Shown one piece after another: positions 1-19,810 of a stretch of DNA of 26,534 nt (positions are counted from its first letter, which is position 1; each line of letters begins with the position of its first letter). The notes beneath the pieces are model-generated. The model saw only the letters and a program-made list of their open reading frames with translations, was not told the origin of the DNA and did not search any database. The position numbers and the translations under genes were made by a program. Origin of the DNA: Myxococcales bacterium (GTDB taxonomy: Bacteria; Myxococcota_A; UBA9042); contig JBBISH010000091.1 of the NCBI GenBank assembly GCA_037441385.1, positions 1 through 26,534 on the forward strand. Reading direction: 5' to 3'.

Positions 1-10
1 GGGCACTCGC

Positions 11-4549
<4,539 letters not shown>

Positions 4550-4660
4550 GGAGAACCCTCCGGGGTATTCGCATTCGATTCGTGGGCGGCGGGTTGGCGT
4601 GCCCGCCGCCGGCACAGGTCACTTCACGGTCACTGGCTCGGACGGTCGCTAGGTCGGTCG

Positions 4661-9559
<4,899 letters not shown>

Positions 9560-9702
9560 GCTTGACGGTCTCCTAATCCAGCGTGGGCGCCGCGCGAGGC
9601 GGTGCGCCGTGAACTGTGCTGTGAATTGTTCGGCCCAGCTGTGCTTTGCGTTGCCTGGTCGGCGTAGCAGCGGCGGCGCGAGTCCGAGGGGCTGCGGGAC
9701 GC

Positions 9703-9754
9703 AAAATCCCCCAAGGCGGCGGCAGAAAGCTCTTTTCTACCGCCGCCTCAGGGG
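9703..9754 (-). terminator. Putative intrinsic terminator/attenuator between rplL and rpoB
   Basis: Minus strand reads CCCCTGAGGCGGCGGTAGAAA-AGAGC-TTTCTGCCGCCGCCTTGGGG followed by GATTTT: a long GC-rich stem with a short U tract, at the position of the rplL-rpoB attenuator known in E. coli. Confidence 0.6.
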
Positions 9755-9979
9755 CAGCTTCGGTGCCGGTCGCTCGCCGTGTCCGACTCCGGTCTCACTG
9801 TCCTTGCGGGACGCTGTGAGCCCGTATCAGCCTGTCAGCGGGCGAAATGTCGAGAGTGCGAGCAGCCTTTCTACTTGAAGGGCTGTGCCCTCTCTCCGAG
9901 CCGCGGCGGCCTTTCCCCAATGCGCGATCGAGGGGGCGCTCTGGCTGCTAACCGAAAACCTTACGCAAAGACTGCGAGA

Positions 9980-10366
9980 TTACTTGATCTCGGCCTTGGC
10001 GCCGGCTTCTTCCAGCTTCTTCTTGATGCCCTCGGCGTCGGCCTTGCTGACGGCTTCCTTGACGACGCCACCGGCCTTCTCGGCCAGGTCCTTGGCCTCC
10101 TTGAGGCCCAGGGCGGTGATCTCGCGGATCGCCTTGATGACGTTGATCTTGTTGGCGCCGGCATCCAGGATGATGACGTCGAACTCGGTCTTCTCTTCGA
10201 CCGCGGGGGCCGCAGCCGCGCCGCCACCCGCCGCAACGGCCACCGCCGCCACGGGAGCCGCAGCCTTCACGCCCCACTTCTCTTCCAGGGCCTTGATGAT
10301 GTCGGCCAGTTCCATGATGGTCAGGCCCGACAGGTGGTTGATCAGATCTTCTTGAGAAATCGCCAT
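9980..10366 (-). CDS. rplL: 50S ribosomal protein L7/L12
   Basis: Ala-rich hinge, [28 protein letters not shown] at 10366 (MAISQEDL) with AGGAG RBS. Confidence 0.98.
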   Translation of the reverse strand: MAISQEDLINHLSGLTIMELADIIKALEEKWGVKAAAPVAAVAVAAGGGAAAAPAVEEKTEFDVIILDAGANKINVIKAIREITALGLKEAKDLAEKAGGVVKEAVSKADAEGIKKKLEEAGAKAEIK

Positions 10367-10490
10367 GGTAGTACTCCTGTTCACGTTGCAAGAGTTCTTC
10401 TTGCGGTTGGCGCCGTCGACCTGCCCTTCTGAGGTGGTCTGCTGCGACGCCGGTCAGTTGCTTGGATCGAATCCCTGCTGTACCCAGCCC

Positions 10491-11012
10491 TTACGCGGCC
10501 GGCTCAAGCTGCTCTTTGCGCTGCGTGAGCACGTTCAGGAAGCCGCTGCCCACGCTGGACAACGTTCCCACGAACTTGCTCGGCACCGCCGAGAGCGTAC
10601 CCAGGAACATCGCGCGGAGCTCGTCGCGACCGGGCAGCTCGGAAAGGGACTTGACGCCATTGGCATCCAGAGCCTTGCCTTGCACCGCCCCGCCTTTGAC
10701 GACGAGTTTCGGCATGTCCTTGGCCACCTTGATCAGCGCCTTGGCCGGCCCCACGGGGTCGGTACCAAAAGCGATGAGCACGGGCCCTACCAGCTTGTCG
10801 CTGGCCACCTCGAGCGAGGTGCCACGAACCGACAAGCGAGCAAGGGTGTTCTTGACGACGCGAACTTTGCCACCGAATTTCCGGACTTCGGTCCGCAGAG
10901 TCTGCATCTCGGCAACCGAGATACCTTGATTCTCTGCGATGACCACGCCTTCGATGCCGGCGAGTTCGTGCCGCAGGGTGTCGACCCGGTCTTGCTTTTG
11001 CTGCTTGTTCAC
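10491..11012 (-). CDS. rplJ: 50S ribosomal protein L10
   Basis: VVKNTLAR motif, LSELPGRDEL; GTG start behind AAGGAGG; position between rplA and rplL. Confidence 0.97.
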   Translation of the reverse strand: MNKQQKQDRVDTLRHELAGIEGVVIAENQGISVAEMQTLRTEVRKFGGKVRVVKNTLARLSVRGTSLEVASDKLVGPVLIAFGTDPVGPAKALIKVAKDMPKLVVKGGAVQGKALDANGVKSLSELPGRDELRAMFLGTLSAVPSKFVGTLSSVGSGFLNVLTQRKEQLEPAA

Positions 11013-11039
11013 GGGTAGACCTCCTTGCTACGCCTGAGA

Positions 11040-11170
11040 TCGGAGCTGCCGGCACCGCGCCGTTTGGCTCCACGCTGGGATACGCTGCCCGCACCTTGCG
11101 GCCGGGCTGGTCCAACTGACCGCGATTCCTCGGGAATCGCAGAACAGGCAACCACGTTTTCCTCTGGCGC
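11040..11170 (-). promoter_or_regulatory. Candidate L10 leader (autoregulatory RNA) in the 313-bp rplA-rplJ spacer
   Basis: Perfect hairpin GCGATTCC-CGA-GGAATCGC (11122-11140), a GCAA-tetraloop hairpin, and a possible enclosing ACGTGG/CCAGCGT stem. The position matches L10 leaders but the consensus match is imperfect and boundaries are approximate. Confidence 0.4.
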
Positions 11171-11325
11171 CTCCGCTGGACTTGTGCTCGCACGGGGCGG
11201 GCTGCCAGCTTCTCAGACGCTCCCCCGTCGTGCGGGGGAAGTGTGCCCGGCCTTTGGAAAACCGCCGGCCGGGCGTTTCGGTCGAGCGAGCTCGAACCGA
11301 AAGAGTTGCTCCCCAAAGGGAACGT

Positions 11326-12036
11326 TTAGTGGTGCGCCGCCGCGGCGTTCGCCACCGCCACCGCGTCGACGCGGACGCCGGGCGAGTGGGTGGTGCTCAC
11401 GGTGACCGCGCGGACGTAGGTGCCCTTGGCGGTGGCCGGCTTCAGCTTGACCAGCGCATCCATCAGGGCGTGCACGTTCTCGCTCAGAGCGGCGATCTCG
11501 AACGACTTCTTGCCCACGCCGGCGTGGATGATACCGGCCTTCTCGGCGCGGAACTCGATCTTACCGGCCTTGGCGGCCTTGACCGCGGCGCCGACGTCCA
11601 TCGTGACCGTGCCGACCTTGGGGTTCGGCATCAGGCCGCGGGGGCCCAGGAGCTTACCGATCTTACCGACCGTCACCATCATGTTGGGGGTGGCGATGCA
11701 GGTGTCGAACTCGAACCAGCCTTCCTTGATCTTCTCGATCAACTCGTCGCCGCCCGCGAAGTCCGCGCCGGCATCCAGGGCCTCGCGCTCTTTGTCGCCC
11801 TTGGCGAACACGAGCACGCGGTTGACCTTGCCGGTCCCGTTGGGCAGGACCACCGCGCCGCGGACCATCTGGTCGGCGTGCTTGGGGTTGATGCCCAGGT
11901 TGATGGCGACTTCGAAGGTCTCGTCGCTCTTGGCGGCGAAATTCTTCACGATGCGGATGGCTTCATCCAGGCCGTAGCGCTTCTGGCGGTCAAAGGTGGC
12001 CACAGCCGCCTGGAACCTCTTGCTTTCCTTAGACAT
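11326..12036 (-). CDS. rplA: 50S ribosomal protein L1
   Basis: [42 protein letters not shown]. Confidence 0.99.
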   Translation of the reverse strand: MSKESKRFQAAVATFDRQKRYGLDEAIRIVKNFAAKSDETFEVAINLGINPKHADQMVRGAVVLPNGTGKVNRVLVFAKGDKEREALDAGADFAGGDELIEKIKEGWFEFDTCIATPNMMVTVGKIGKLLGPRGLMPNPKVGTVTMDVGAAVKAAKAGKIEFRAEKAGIIHAGVGKKSFEIAALSENVHALMDALVKLKPATAKGTYVRAVTVSTTHSPGVRVDAVAVANAAAAHH

Positions 12037-12063
12037 GGCAAATCTCCTGCAGGGCGTGCGGCG

Positions 12064-12489
12064 TTAGCCGACGATGTCGATACCCATCGAACGGGCGGTA
12101 CCAGCGATGGTGTTCATCGCGCCGGCCGTGTCGACAGCGTAGAGGTCAGGCATCTTGATCTTCGCGATCTCTTCCACTTGCGCCTTGGTCACCTTGCCCA
12201 CCTTGTCACGGTTGGGCACCGACGAACCCTTCTCGAGCTTGGCGTACTTCAGCAGCAGCCGCGACGCCGGAGGGGTCTTGGTGACGAAGGTGAAGGAACG
12301 ATCCGAGTAGATCGTGATCACCACCGGGATGATCATGCCCGCCTGCGACGCGGTCTCGGCGTTGTAAGCCTTGCAGAACTGCATGATGTTGACGCCGTGC
12401 TGACCGAGCGCCGGGCCGACCGGCGGCGACGGCGTGGCCTTGCCAGCCGGCAACTGCAGCTTGACGTAACCAGTAATCTTCTTAGCCAT
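12064..12489 (-). CDS. rplK: 50S ribosomal protein L11
   Basis: [33 protein letters not shown]. Confidence 0.99.
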   Translation of the reverse strand: MAKKITGYVKLQLPAGKATPSPPVGPALGQHGVNIMQFCKAYNAETASQAGMIIPVVITIYSDRSFTFVTKTPPASRLLLKYAKLEKGSSVPNRDKVGKVTKAQVEEIAKIKMPDLYAVDTAGAMNTIAGTARSMGIDIVG

Positions 12490-12669
12490 GAATCACCTGA
12501 TCCGATGCGGACTTGCCTGCTCGCTGATCCGTACCGGCTCCTCTGTGTGCCGCCGTCTCTCGACCCGACACCGTGCTGCTTGCGGCAGAAGAACGGCGTT
12601 TGCTGAACTCTGCCTCGCACCCACGCGACGGACCCCTGTCCGCCGCCCGTTGGCCTCGCCCTTGCGGGT

Positions 12670-13269
12670 CTAGCCGCCGATCTTTTCGACCTGCATGAAG
12701 CCCAGCTCCACGGGGGTGGCGCGACCGAAGATCGACACCAGCACCTTGAGCTTCTGCTTGTCGGCCTGCACCTCGGCCACCGTGCCCGAGAAGCTGGCAA
12801 AAGGACCATCGATGACGCGGACTTCGGTGCCTTCGTCGAAGGTAACCACCGGCTTGGCCGCGACCTCGCCCTCGCGCATCTGATTGAGGATCCGCTCGAC
12901 CTCGAAGTCCGGCGTCGGGCTCGGCCGCTTGGCCTTGTCCTTCTCGGTGCCCAAGAAGCCGATGATGCGCTCGCAATTCTTGACCAGGTGCCACGACTCG
13001 TCGTTCAGCACCATCTCGACCAGCATGTAGCCCGGCACCAGCTTGCGCTTGCTCTCGCGGCGGACGCCCGAGCGCACTTCGACCACCGGCTCCATCGGCA
13101 CTTCGATGCGGCCGAACCACTCACCAAGCCCGTTCTCCTGGATCTTGCGCTCCAGGTTGCGCTTGGCCATCTGCTCCGAACCCGTATAAGTGTTGACGAT
13201 GTACCAGCGCTTGCGCGGAGTCCGCGCCACGGGGGCCGCATCGGTCGGATTGAGTTCAGGCGATTGCAT
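12670..13269 (-). CDS. nusG: Transcription termination/antitermination factor NusG
   Basis: [23 protein letters not shown] motif [25 protein letters not shown]. Confidence 0.98.
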   Translation of the reverse strand: MQSPELNPTDAAPVARTPRKRWYIVNTYTGSEQMAKRNLERKIQENGLGEWFGRIEVPMEPVVEVRSGVRRESKRKLVPGYMLVEMVLNDESWHLVKNCERIIGFLGTEKDKAKRPSPTPDFEVERILNQMREGEVAAKPVVTFDEGTEVRVIDGPFASFSGTVAEVQADKQKLKVLVSIFGRATPVELGFMQVEKIGG

Positions 13270-13285
13270 GGGGCACCTTGTCGGT

Positions 13286-13341
13286 GGATGGTTGCCTATG
13301 GATGGTTGCCTATCGAGGTTTGCCTATCGAGGTTTGCCTGC
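13286..13341. repeat. 14-bp tandem repeat x4 just upstream of nusG
   Basis: ggatggttgcctat / ggatggttgcctat / cgaggtttgcctat / cgaggtttgcctgc read directly from the sequence. Confidence 0.9.
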
Positions 13342-13643
13342 TGGGCGACGAGAGCCTGCTGGGTTTGGCCTTTGGCGTGCGCGGCCAGGCGTACTTGCTT
13401 TCCGTTCTGGGCACTTGCGTGCCGATCGTTCGCGTTCGCCCGGCTTGGGGCCAGTCCCGGTCGGGGGCGCAGGCAGAGGACATCTGCGGGCCGCCGCGTC
13501 AGGATTCGATGGGCGCCAACCGGCGCAGTTTCCTAGTTTCGGCGCCTTGTTGGCGCATTGAGTTCGCTGGGACCAGTTCGGCGCGATTGTCGGGGCGCGC
13601 GTTGGTCGCCGGCAGCCCGCGCGACCTGCATTCTTGGGCTCAG

Positions 13644-14027
13644 CTAGATTCGGTACACCAGGCGCGTCACAGCCGAGAACACGGTGTCGAAGGCCCACAG
13701 GCAGGCTGCCACCGCCACGGTGACGGTCACCACCACCACGGTCGAGAGCCGCACCTCGGGCCAAGTCGGCCAGGTCACCTTGCGCAGCTCGCCCGCCACT
13801 TCGTGGGCCAGCTCGAAGATGCGCTCGTTGCGCCACAGGTACATGCCGCCGGCAATACCGACCGCGATGCCGAGCATGTTGCTCAGGCGGAACTCGCGGC
13901 CGATCAGGTGCATGTCCCAATCCGGGCCAACAAAGTCAAGAACTTGGGCGAACAGACTGGCGGAGACGAACCACAAGATCAGCGCCGCCGCGACAAAGGA
14001 CAGGTTGACGATCCGTTCCTGGCTCAC
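13644..14027 (-). CDS. secE: Preprotein translocase subunit SecE (three-TM type)
   Basis: ELRKVTWPT motif followed by a TM helix, two additional N-terminal hydrophobic segments; GTG at 14027 behind AGGAGG; tRNA-Trp-secE-nusG order. Confidence 0.95.
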   Translation of the reverse strand: MSQERIVNLSFVAAALILWFVSASLFAQVLDFVGPDWDMHLIGREFRLSNMLGIAVGIAGGMYLWRNERIFELAHEVAGELRKVTWPTWPEVRLSTVVVVTVTVAVAACLWAFDTVFSAVTRLVYRI

Positions 14028-14132
14028 CGTGGACCTCCTGGCCTCTTGCGCCGGGCGATTTCCATCCGCTGCCGGCGTTCGGCCCGCTCGGGACCGCTGG
14101 TTCTTGGGTGCATCCGCTGGGAGATGCTGGGG

Positions 14133-14205
14133 CAGGCCAGGCGGGATTTGAACCCACAACCCGCAGATTTGGAGTCTGCTGCTCTACCGTTGGAGCTACT
14201 GGCCT
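14133..14205 (-). tRNA. tRNA-Trp (CCA anticodon); 3' CCA not encoded
   Basis: Acceptor AGGCCAG/CTGGCCT, anticodon arm GCAGA-CTCCAAA-TCTGC, T loop TTCAAAT; discriminator G followed by CCCCA. Confidence 0.97.
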
Positions 14206-14253
14206 GTCTTGCGACGCGCCGGGCGAACCCGACGCAGCGCCTTGGCGAAAACC

Positions 14254-14433
14254 TTACTTGGTCTCTTTGTGTTCGGTGTGCTTGCGCTCGAAGCGGCAAT
14301 ACTTGCTGAACACGAGGCGACCGGGCTTGGTCTTCTTGTTCTTGGTGGTCGAGTAGCGCGACACGCCGGGGATCCCGCTGGTGCGGCAGCTCTGGCACTC
14401 GAGGTGAATGATGCTGCGGATTGCCTTAGCCAT
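14254..14433 (-). CDS. rpmG: 50S ribosomal protein L33 (59 aa; absent from the ORF track)
   Basis: Manual translation [59 protein letters not shown]; canonical position between tuf and tRNA-Trp. Confidence 0.96.
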   Translation of the reverse strand: MAKAIRSIIHLECQSCRTSGIPGVSRYSTTKNKKTKPGRLVFSKYCRFERKHTEHKETK

Positions 14434-14527
14434 TTTCTATCTCGTGCCGGCTGCCCGGCGCCGCCCGTTGGGGCTACTTGGGGCCCCTTTGGGGCTACTA
14501 CGGGGCGCTGGGCCCTTCTCAGGATGC

Positions 14528-14572
14528 AAGGTGGGGTCGATGTTCGGCTGCTGCCTCGGTCGACCCCACCTT
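14528..14572. repeat. Perfect 13-bp inverted repeat in the tuf-rpmG spacer
   Basis: aaggtggggtcga (14528-14540) and tcgaccccacctt (14560-14572), with a 19-nt loop containing a further ggc-tgct-gcc mini-stem. Confidence 0.8.
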
Positions 14573-14665
14573 TCCCCTTTCCGTTTTCGCGGCTTCTACT
14601 CTTTGTGCTTCGGCTTTTTTTGCGCGTCGCACGTGCCGCGAACATCTTCACCGCAGGGCGAAGAC

Positions 14666-15868
<1,203 letters not shown>

Positions 15869-16142
15869 GACTGCTGTCCTCCCGCCACGCCGGGTGGCGA
15901 ATGCTTGCGAGAAACCCTGTGAAGTTGGGCACCCTGGCTGCGCATACGATGTCGAACGATATCGTCGGCGCGTCTGGGCGGGTCGTGCCCGGTTGGACCT
16001 CGAATCGCGCGCATTGCGCGACCGGAACGTTCGGCCTGTCTTGCCGGGCACCCCGTACGAGGACCATCCGTCTTGGACAATCCCTACATGGGTACCGGGC
16101 GTTTGGGGCATCGCCGCGTGGGGCGACGGGCCGGTCTGCCCC

Positions 16143-16218
<76 letters not shown>

Positions 16219-16304
16219 GTTGAAACTCGATTTTCACTCTCGTCCGGAAATCAACTACGGTCTGGGCCATGCCCTACTGCGACGCGCGGTCGCGGCGGGA
16301 TCCG

Positions 16305-16377
<73 letters not shown>

Positions 16378-16404
16378 TTTGGCGGCGCTTGCAACGCCGT
16401 GGGG

Positions 16405-16487
16405 TGGAGGGTGGTGGATTCGAACCACCGTAGGCGTACGCCGGCAGATTTACAGTCTGCTCCCATTGGCCACTCGGGCAACCCTCC
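16405..16487 (-). tRNA. tRNA-Tyr (GTA); 3' CCA not encoded
   Basis: GGAGGGT/ACCCTCC acceptor, anticodon arm GCAGA-CTGTAAA-TCTGC, long variable arm GGCGTACGCC; discriminator A followed by CCCCA. Confidence 0.97.
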
Positions 16488-16538
16488 GAGAAGTCTGGTT
16501 CTTCCCGAGACAACTTCTGATTGTCCTCTGACCGGTGG

Positions 16539-16614
16539 TGGAGCTGGCGAAGGGACTTGAACCCGCAACCTGCTGATTACAAATCAGCTGCTCTGCCAAT
16601 TGAGCTACACCAGC
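16539..16614 (-). tRNA. tRNA-Thr (TGT)
   Basis: GCTGGTG/CGCCAGC acceptor, anticodon arm GCTGA-TTTGTAA-TCAGC, TTCAAGT T loop, encoded CCA; the T stem GCGGG/CCCTT has one mismatch. Confidence 0.97.
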
Positions 16615-16753
16615 TTGGTCGAGCTCCGCCAGCTTGGTCGGGCTCCGCCAGCTTGGTCGAGCTACGCCAGCTTGGTCGAGCTACGCCAGCTTGGTCGAGC
16701 TACGCCAGCTTGGTCGAGCTACGCCAGCTTGGTTGAGCTACGCCAGCTTGGAC
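16602..16753. repeat. 19-bp tandem repeat x8 (consensus gagctacgccagcttggtc); the first unit overlaps the 5' end of tRNA-Thr(TGT)
   Basis: Units start at 16602, 16621, 16640, 16659, 16678, 16697, 16716, 16735 with 0-2 substitutions each and no spacers. Confidence 0.97.
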
Positions 16754-16894
16754 TGTGCGCACGGAGCTGGGCCCTCGTGCCGAAGCTCGGGACCGCGCGG
16801 ACGGCGCTTTGGACCACAGCGGCGTCGGTCAGAATTTGTTCCCGGGGGTTTGGACCGCCGAATCCGCGCACAGCGGATCCGTTCGGGGGGCGCC

Positions 16895-16923
16895 AATATA
16901 CAGAAAGCGTGAGCAGTGGTCAA
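16895..16923 (-). promoter_or_regulatory. Sigma70-type promoter for the tRNA-tuf operon with a GC-rich discriminator
   Basis: Minus strand TTGACC (16923-16918), 17-bp spacer, TATATT (16900-16895), then GGCGCCCC, typical of stable-RNA promoters. Confidence 0.8.
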
Positions 16924-16952
16924 GGCCCTTTCGCGCGGAGCCCCGCAGCGGG

Positions 16953-17969
16953 CTAGGTTGGCAGTGGCACTTGCTGGCGTGCCAGGTGGAGGGCGAGAGT
17001 GGCAAAGGCCGAGACGTTGAGCGACTGCATGGGTCCCAGGCCCTCCAGTTTGACCAGCACATCGCACTTCTTGCGGACCAGTGGGCGCAGGCCGCTGCCC
17101 TCGGCCCCCAGGACCAGCGCGGTCGCCGGTGTGAACTTGAATTTGGCCAAGTCTTCGCACCCAGGCTCCAGGGCGGTGCCCACCACGAACACCCCGCGTT
17201 CCTTCAAGATTTCCAAGGTACGTGCCAGGTTGACTACCCGCACGACCGGCAGCGTTGCCGTCGCAGCACGCGAGACACGCTCGACCAAGCCGCTGATGCC
17301 GGCAGCCCGGTCCTGCGGGACGATCACCGCCGAAACCCCGAAAAACGCAGCGGAACGCAGGATGGCACCCAGGTTGCGCGGGTCCGTGATCGAGTCGAGC
17401 ACCAAGATCAGGGTGCCGGCGGCGCAGCCTTCTTCGGGGATGACCCGATCCAACTCGGCGTACGCGAACTCGCTGACGCGCACCGCCACGCCCTGCGGGT
17501 TGCTGGGATCGTTGTCGAACCAGGGCACATTCTTTTCGGTAATCGGAACTTTCGCGGCATCGGCGGCGCCGCGCACCTGGCTGATGACCCGAGGATCCTG
17601 CGACCACAACAGGACTTCCTGGACGCGCTGCGGCGCGTGCTGCAGCAGGCCCAGGACGGGGTGCAGGCCGGTGACCAGATCGGGCGGCGGCCCGCCGCGA
17701 TCGCTGGGCTCGGGCCGATCGCCGCCGGGGCGATGCCGGGCGCTGTCGGCGTGGTAGACGGGCCGATACTCGGGCTTGCGGTCGCCGCTTTGGCCCGGTC
17801 CACGCGGCCCCGCCGCACCGCGATCACGCGGGGGGGCGCGACGATCCTCGCGCGGCGAATCGCGAGCTTGGTCGCGGGGATGCGGGGCGTCGGCCTGAGG
17901 CCGCCCGGGGCGCTGCGCAGGGCGATCGAACCGGCTCGGGGGCTTGCTGCCAGAGGGCGGGGTGTCCAT
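16953..17969 (-). CDS. rlmB: 23S rRNA (guanosine-2'-O)-methyltransferase RlmB-like, SPOUT/TrmH family
   Basis: LDSITDPRNLGAILRSA, LVLGAEGSGLR, QSLNVS, N-terminal GLHPV substrate-binding motif; ATG at 17969 behind AAGGAA; usual position upstream of this tRNA cluster. Confidence 0.88.
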   Translation of the reverse strand: MDTPPSGSKPPSRFDRPAQRPGRPQADAPHPRDQARDSPREDRRAPPRDRGAAGPRGPGQSGDRKPEYRPVYHADSARHRPGGDRPEPSDRGGPPPDLVTGLHPVLGLLQHAPQRVQEVLLWSQDPRVISQVRGAADAAKVPITEKNVPWFDNDPSNPQGVAVRVSEFAYAELDRVIPEEGCAAGTLILVLDSITDPRNLGAILRSAAFFGVSAVIVPQDRAAGISGLVERVSRAATATLPVVRVVNLARTLEILKERGVFVVGTALEPGCEDLAKFKFTPATALVLGAEGSGLRPLVRKKCDVLVKLEGLGPMQSLNVSAFATLALHLARQQVPLPT

Positions 17970-18004
17970 GGAGTTCCTTGCTTTCGTTGGGTTCAGTGGG
18001 GCGC

Positions 18005-19759
18005 TCAGCCCAGATCGGCGGCGGTCAGGGGGGCGCCGCTGCGCGCCGCGGCGATGGCGCGACCCACGCGGCCGGCCAGCCCAGCTACGGGAAGCTCCAA
18101 CTTGTCGCCGCTGTGGCGCAGCTTGACCTCGACGATGCCTTCGCCCGCGCGCTTGCCCACGATGACCTGTACCGGGTAGCCGATCAAATCGGCGTCGGCG
18201 AACTTGATGCCTGGGCGCTCGTCGCGATCGTCCAGCACGGTTTCTACGCCAGCGGACTGCAAGTCGCGGTATAGATTGGCGGCTGTCTCGCTGATCGGCG
18301 TCTCGCTGCCCAGGCCCAGCACGGCGCACTCCCACGGCGCGATCGCGACCGGCCAGCGGATGCCGCGGGCGTCGTGGTTCTGCTCGATGGCGGCCGACAG
18401 GATGCGGGTGATGCCGATGCCGTAGCACCCCATCTCGAACACTTGCTCTTTGCCCTGCTCGTCCAGGAAGGTGGCGCTCATCGCCTTGCTGTACTTCTGG
18501 CCCAGGTAGAAGACGTGCCCGACTTCGATGCCCTTGAAGCTCTGCAGCTTGCCGGTGCAGCGGGGGCAGGCGTCGCCCTGCACGGCCATGCGCAGATCGG
18601 CGTAGGTCAGCGCCGGCAGGTCGCGGGCCGGAACCACGTCGACCAGGTGCTGCTGCTTTTCGTTGGCGCCGCACACGGCGCTGGCCAGGGCTTTGACTTC
18701 GAAGTCAGCGACAAAACGAACTTTGCTGGCGTCGTACCCCGCGGGGAGCACGGGGCCCAGGTAGCCGGGCGGCAGGCCGGTGGCCTTGGCGAACCACTCG
18801 GCCTCGGCCAGGTACACGGCGGTGGCCCCCAGGGCCTGCTTGACCTTGACCTCGTTGGCCTCGCGATCGCCGCGGACAAAGGCCACCGCGGGCTGATCGT
18901 CGGCCATGTACAGCACCGCCTTGATCATGGCCTCGGGTTTGCAGTTCAGGACCTTGCACACCTGCTCGATCGACTTGGCACCGGGCGTCTCCACCGCGTG
19001 CGCCGCGCCAACGGCCGGGTTCACGGCGGCAAAGCCCGGATCCTGCAGCGGCGCCTTTTCGACGTTGGCCGCGAAATCGCACCGATCGCACGCGACGATC
19101 GCGTCCTCGCCCGAGTCGGCGAGTACCTGGAACTCGTGGCTCATCGAACCGCCGATGTTGCCGGTGTCGGCCTCGACGGGGCGGAAGCGCAGGCCCAGGC
19201 GCGAGAAGATCGCGTTGTAGGCCTCGTACATGCGCTTGTACGACTTGTGGGCGCCCGGCTGATCGGCGTCGAAGCTGTAGGCGTCCTTCATGATGAATTC
19301 GCGGCCGCGCATCAGGCCGGCGCGCGGGCGGATCTCGTCGCGGAACTTGGTCTGAATCTGGTAGAGATTGACGGGCAACTGCTTGTACGAGCGCACGTCT
19401 TTGCGCACCAGATCCACGATCACCTCTTCGTGGGTCGGCCCGATGCAGTAATCGGCGTTCTTGCGGTCCTTGACGCGCAGCAGCTCGGGGCCGTACTTCT
19501 GCCAACGACCCGATTCCTGCCACAATTCAGCGGGTACCATGGCCGGCAGGAACACCTCTTGGGCACCCGCCTTGTCCATCTCGTCGCGGACGATGCGCTT
19601 GACCTTCTCCATCGAGCGCACGCCCAGCGGCAGGAACGAGTAGATGCCGGCCGAAACGCGGCGAATGTAGCCGGCGCGGACCAGGTACTGGTGCGAGATG
19701 GTCTCGGCATCCTTGGGGGGCTCGCGCAGGGTGGGCAGGTGCAACTGACTGGCGCGCAT
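18005..19759 (-). CDS. proS: Proline--tRNA ligase (bacterial type with INS editing domain)
   Basis: GPTHEE, FRDEIRPRAGLMRGREFIMKDAYSF, GIEVGHVFYLG, MGCYGIG, DDRDERPGIKFADADLIG. Confidence 0.99.
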   Translation of the reverse strand: MRASQLHLPTLREPPKDAETISHQYLVRAGYIRRVSAGIYSFLPLGVRSMEKVKRIVRDEMDKAGAQEVFLPAMVPAELWQESGRWQKYGPELLRVKDRKNADYCIGPTHEEVIVDLVRKDVRSYKQLPVNLYQIQTKFRDEIRPRAGLMRGREFIMKDAYSFDADQPGAHKSYKRMYEAYNAIFSRLGLRFRPVEADTGNIGGSMSHEFQVLADSGEDAIVACDRCDFAANVEKAPLQDPGFAAVNPAVGAAHAVETPGAKSIEQVCKVLNCKPEAMIKAVLYMADDQPAVAFVRGDREANEVKVKQALGATAVYLAEAEWFAKATGLPPGYLGPVLPAGYDASKVRFVADFEVKALASAVCGANEKQQHLVDVVPARDLPALTYADLRMAVQGDACPRCTGKLQSFKGIEVGHVFYLGQKYSKAMSATFLDEQGKEQVFEMGCYGIGITRILSAAIEQNHDARGIRWPVAIAPWECAVLGLGSETPISETAANLYRDLQSAGVETVLDDRDERPGIKFADADLIGYPVQVIVGKRAGEGIVEVKLRHSGDKLELPVAGLAGRVGRAIAAARSGAPLTAADLG

Positions 19760-19810
19760 ACGAAACCTCTTGAATATCGTTCGGAGTGGAGGGGGAGCGA
19801 CCGGGCCTGG

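Noticed and set aside
12490..12669. L1 autoregulatory site in the rplK leader
   Set aside because: A GAGGAGCC segment is present on the mRNA strand but I could not build the expected stem-internal loop convincingly.
15869..16111. N-terminal extensions in the ORF track for tuf (likewise rpoC, rplL, secE, rlmB, serA and the permease)
   Set aside because: Downstream starts match family N-termini and mostly have clear RBS motifs; several extensions overlap tRNAs or neighbouring genes.
16602..16753. CRISPR array
   Set aside because: Units are contiguous 19-mers without unique spacers, derive from the tRNA 5' end, and no cas genes are present.
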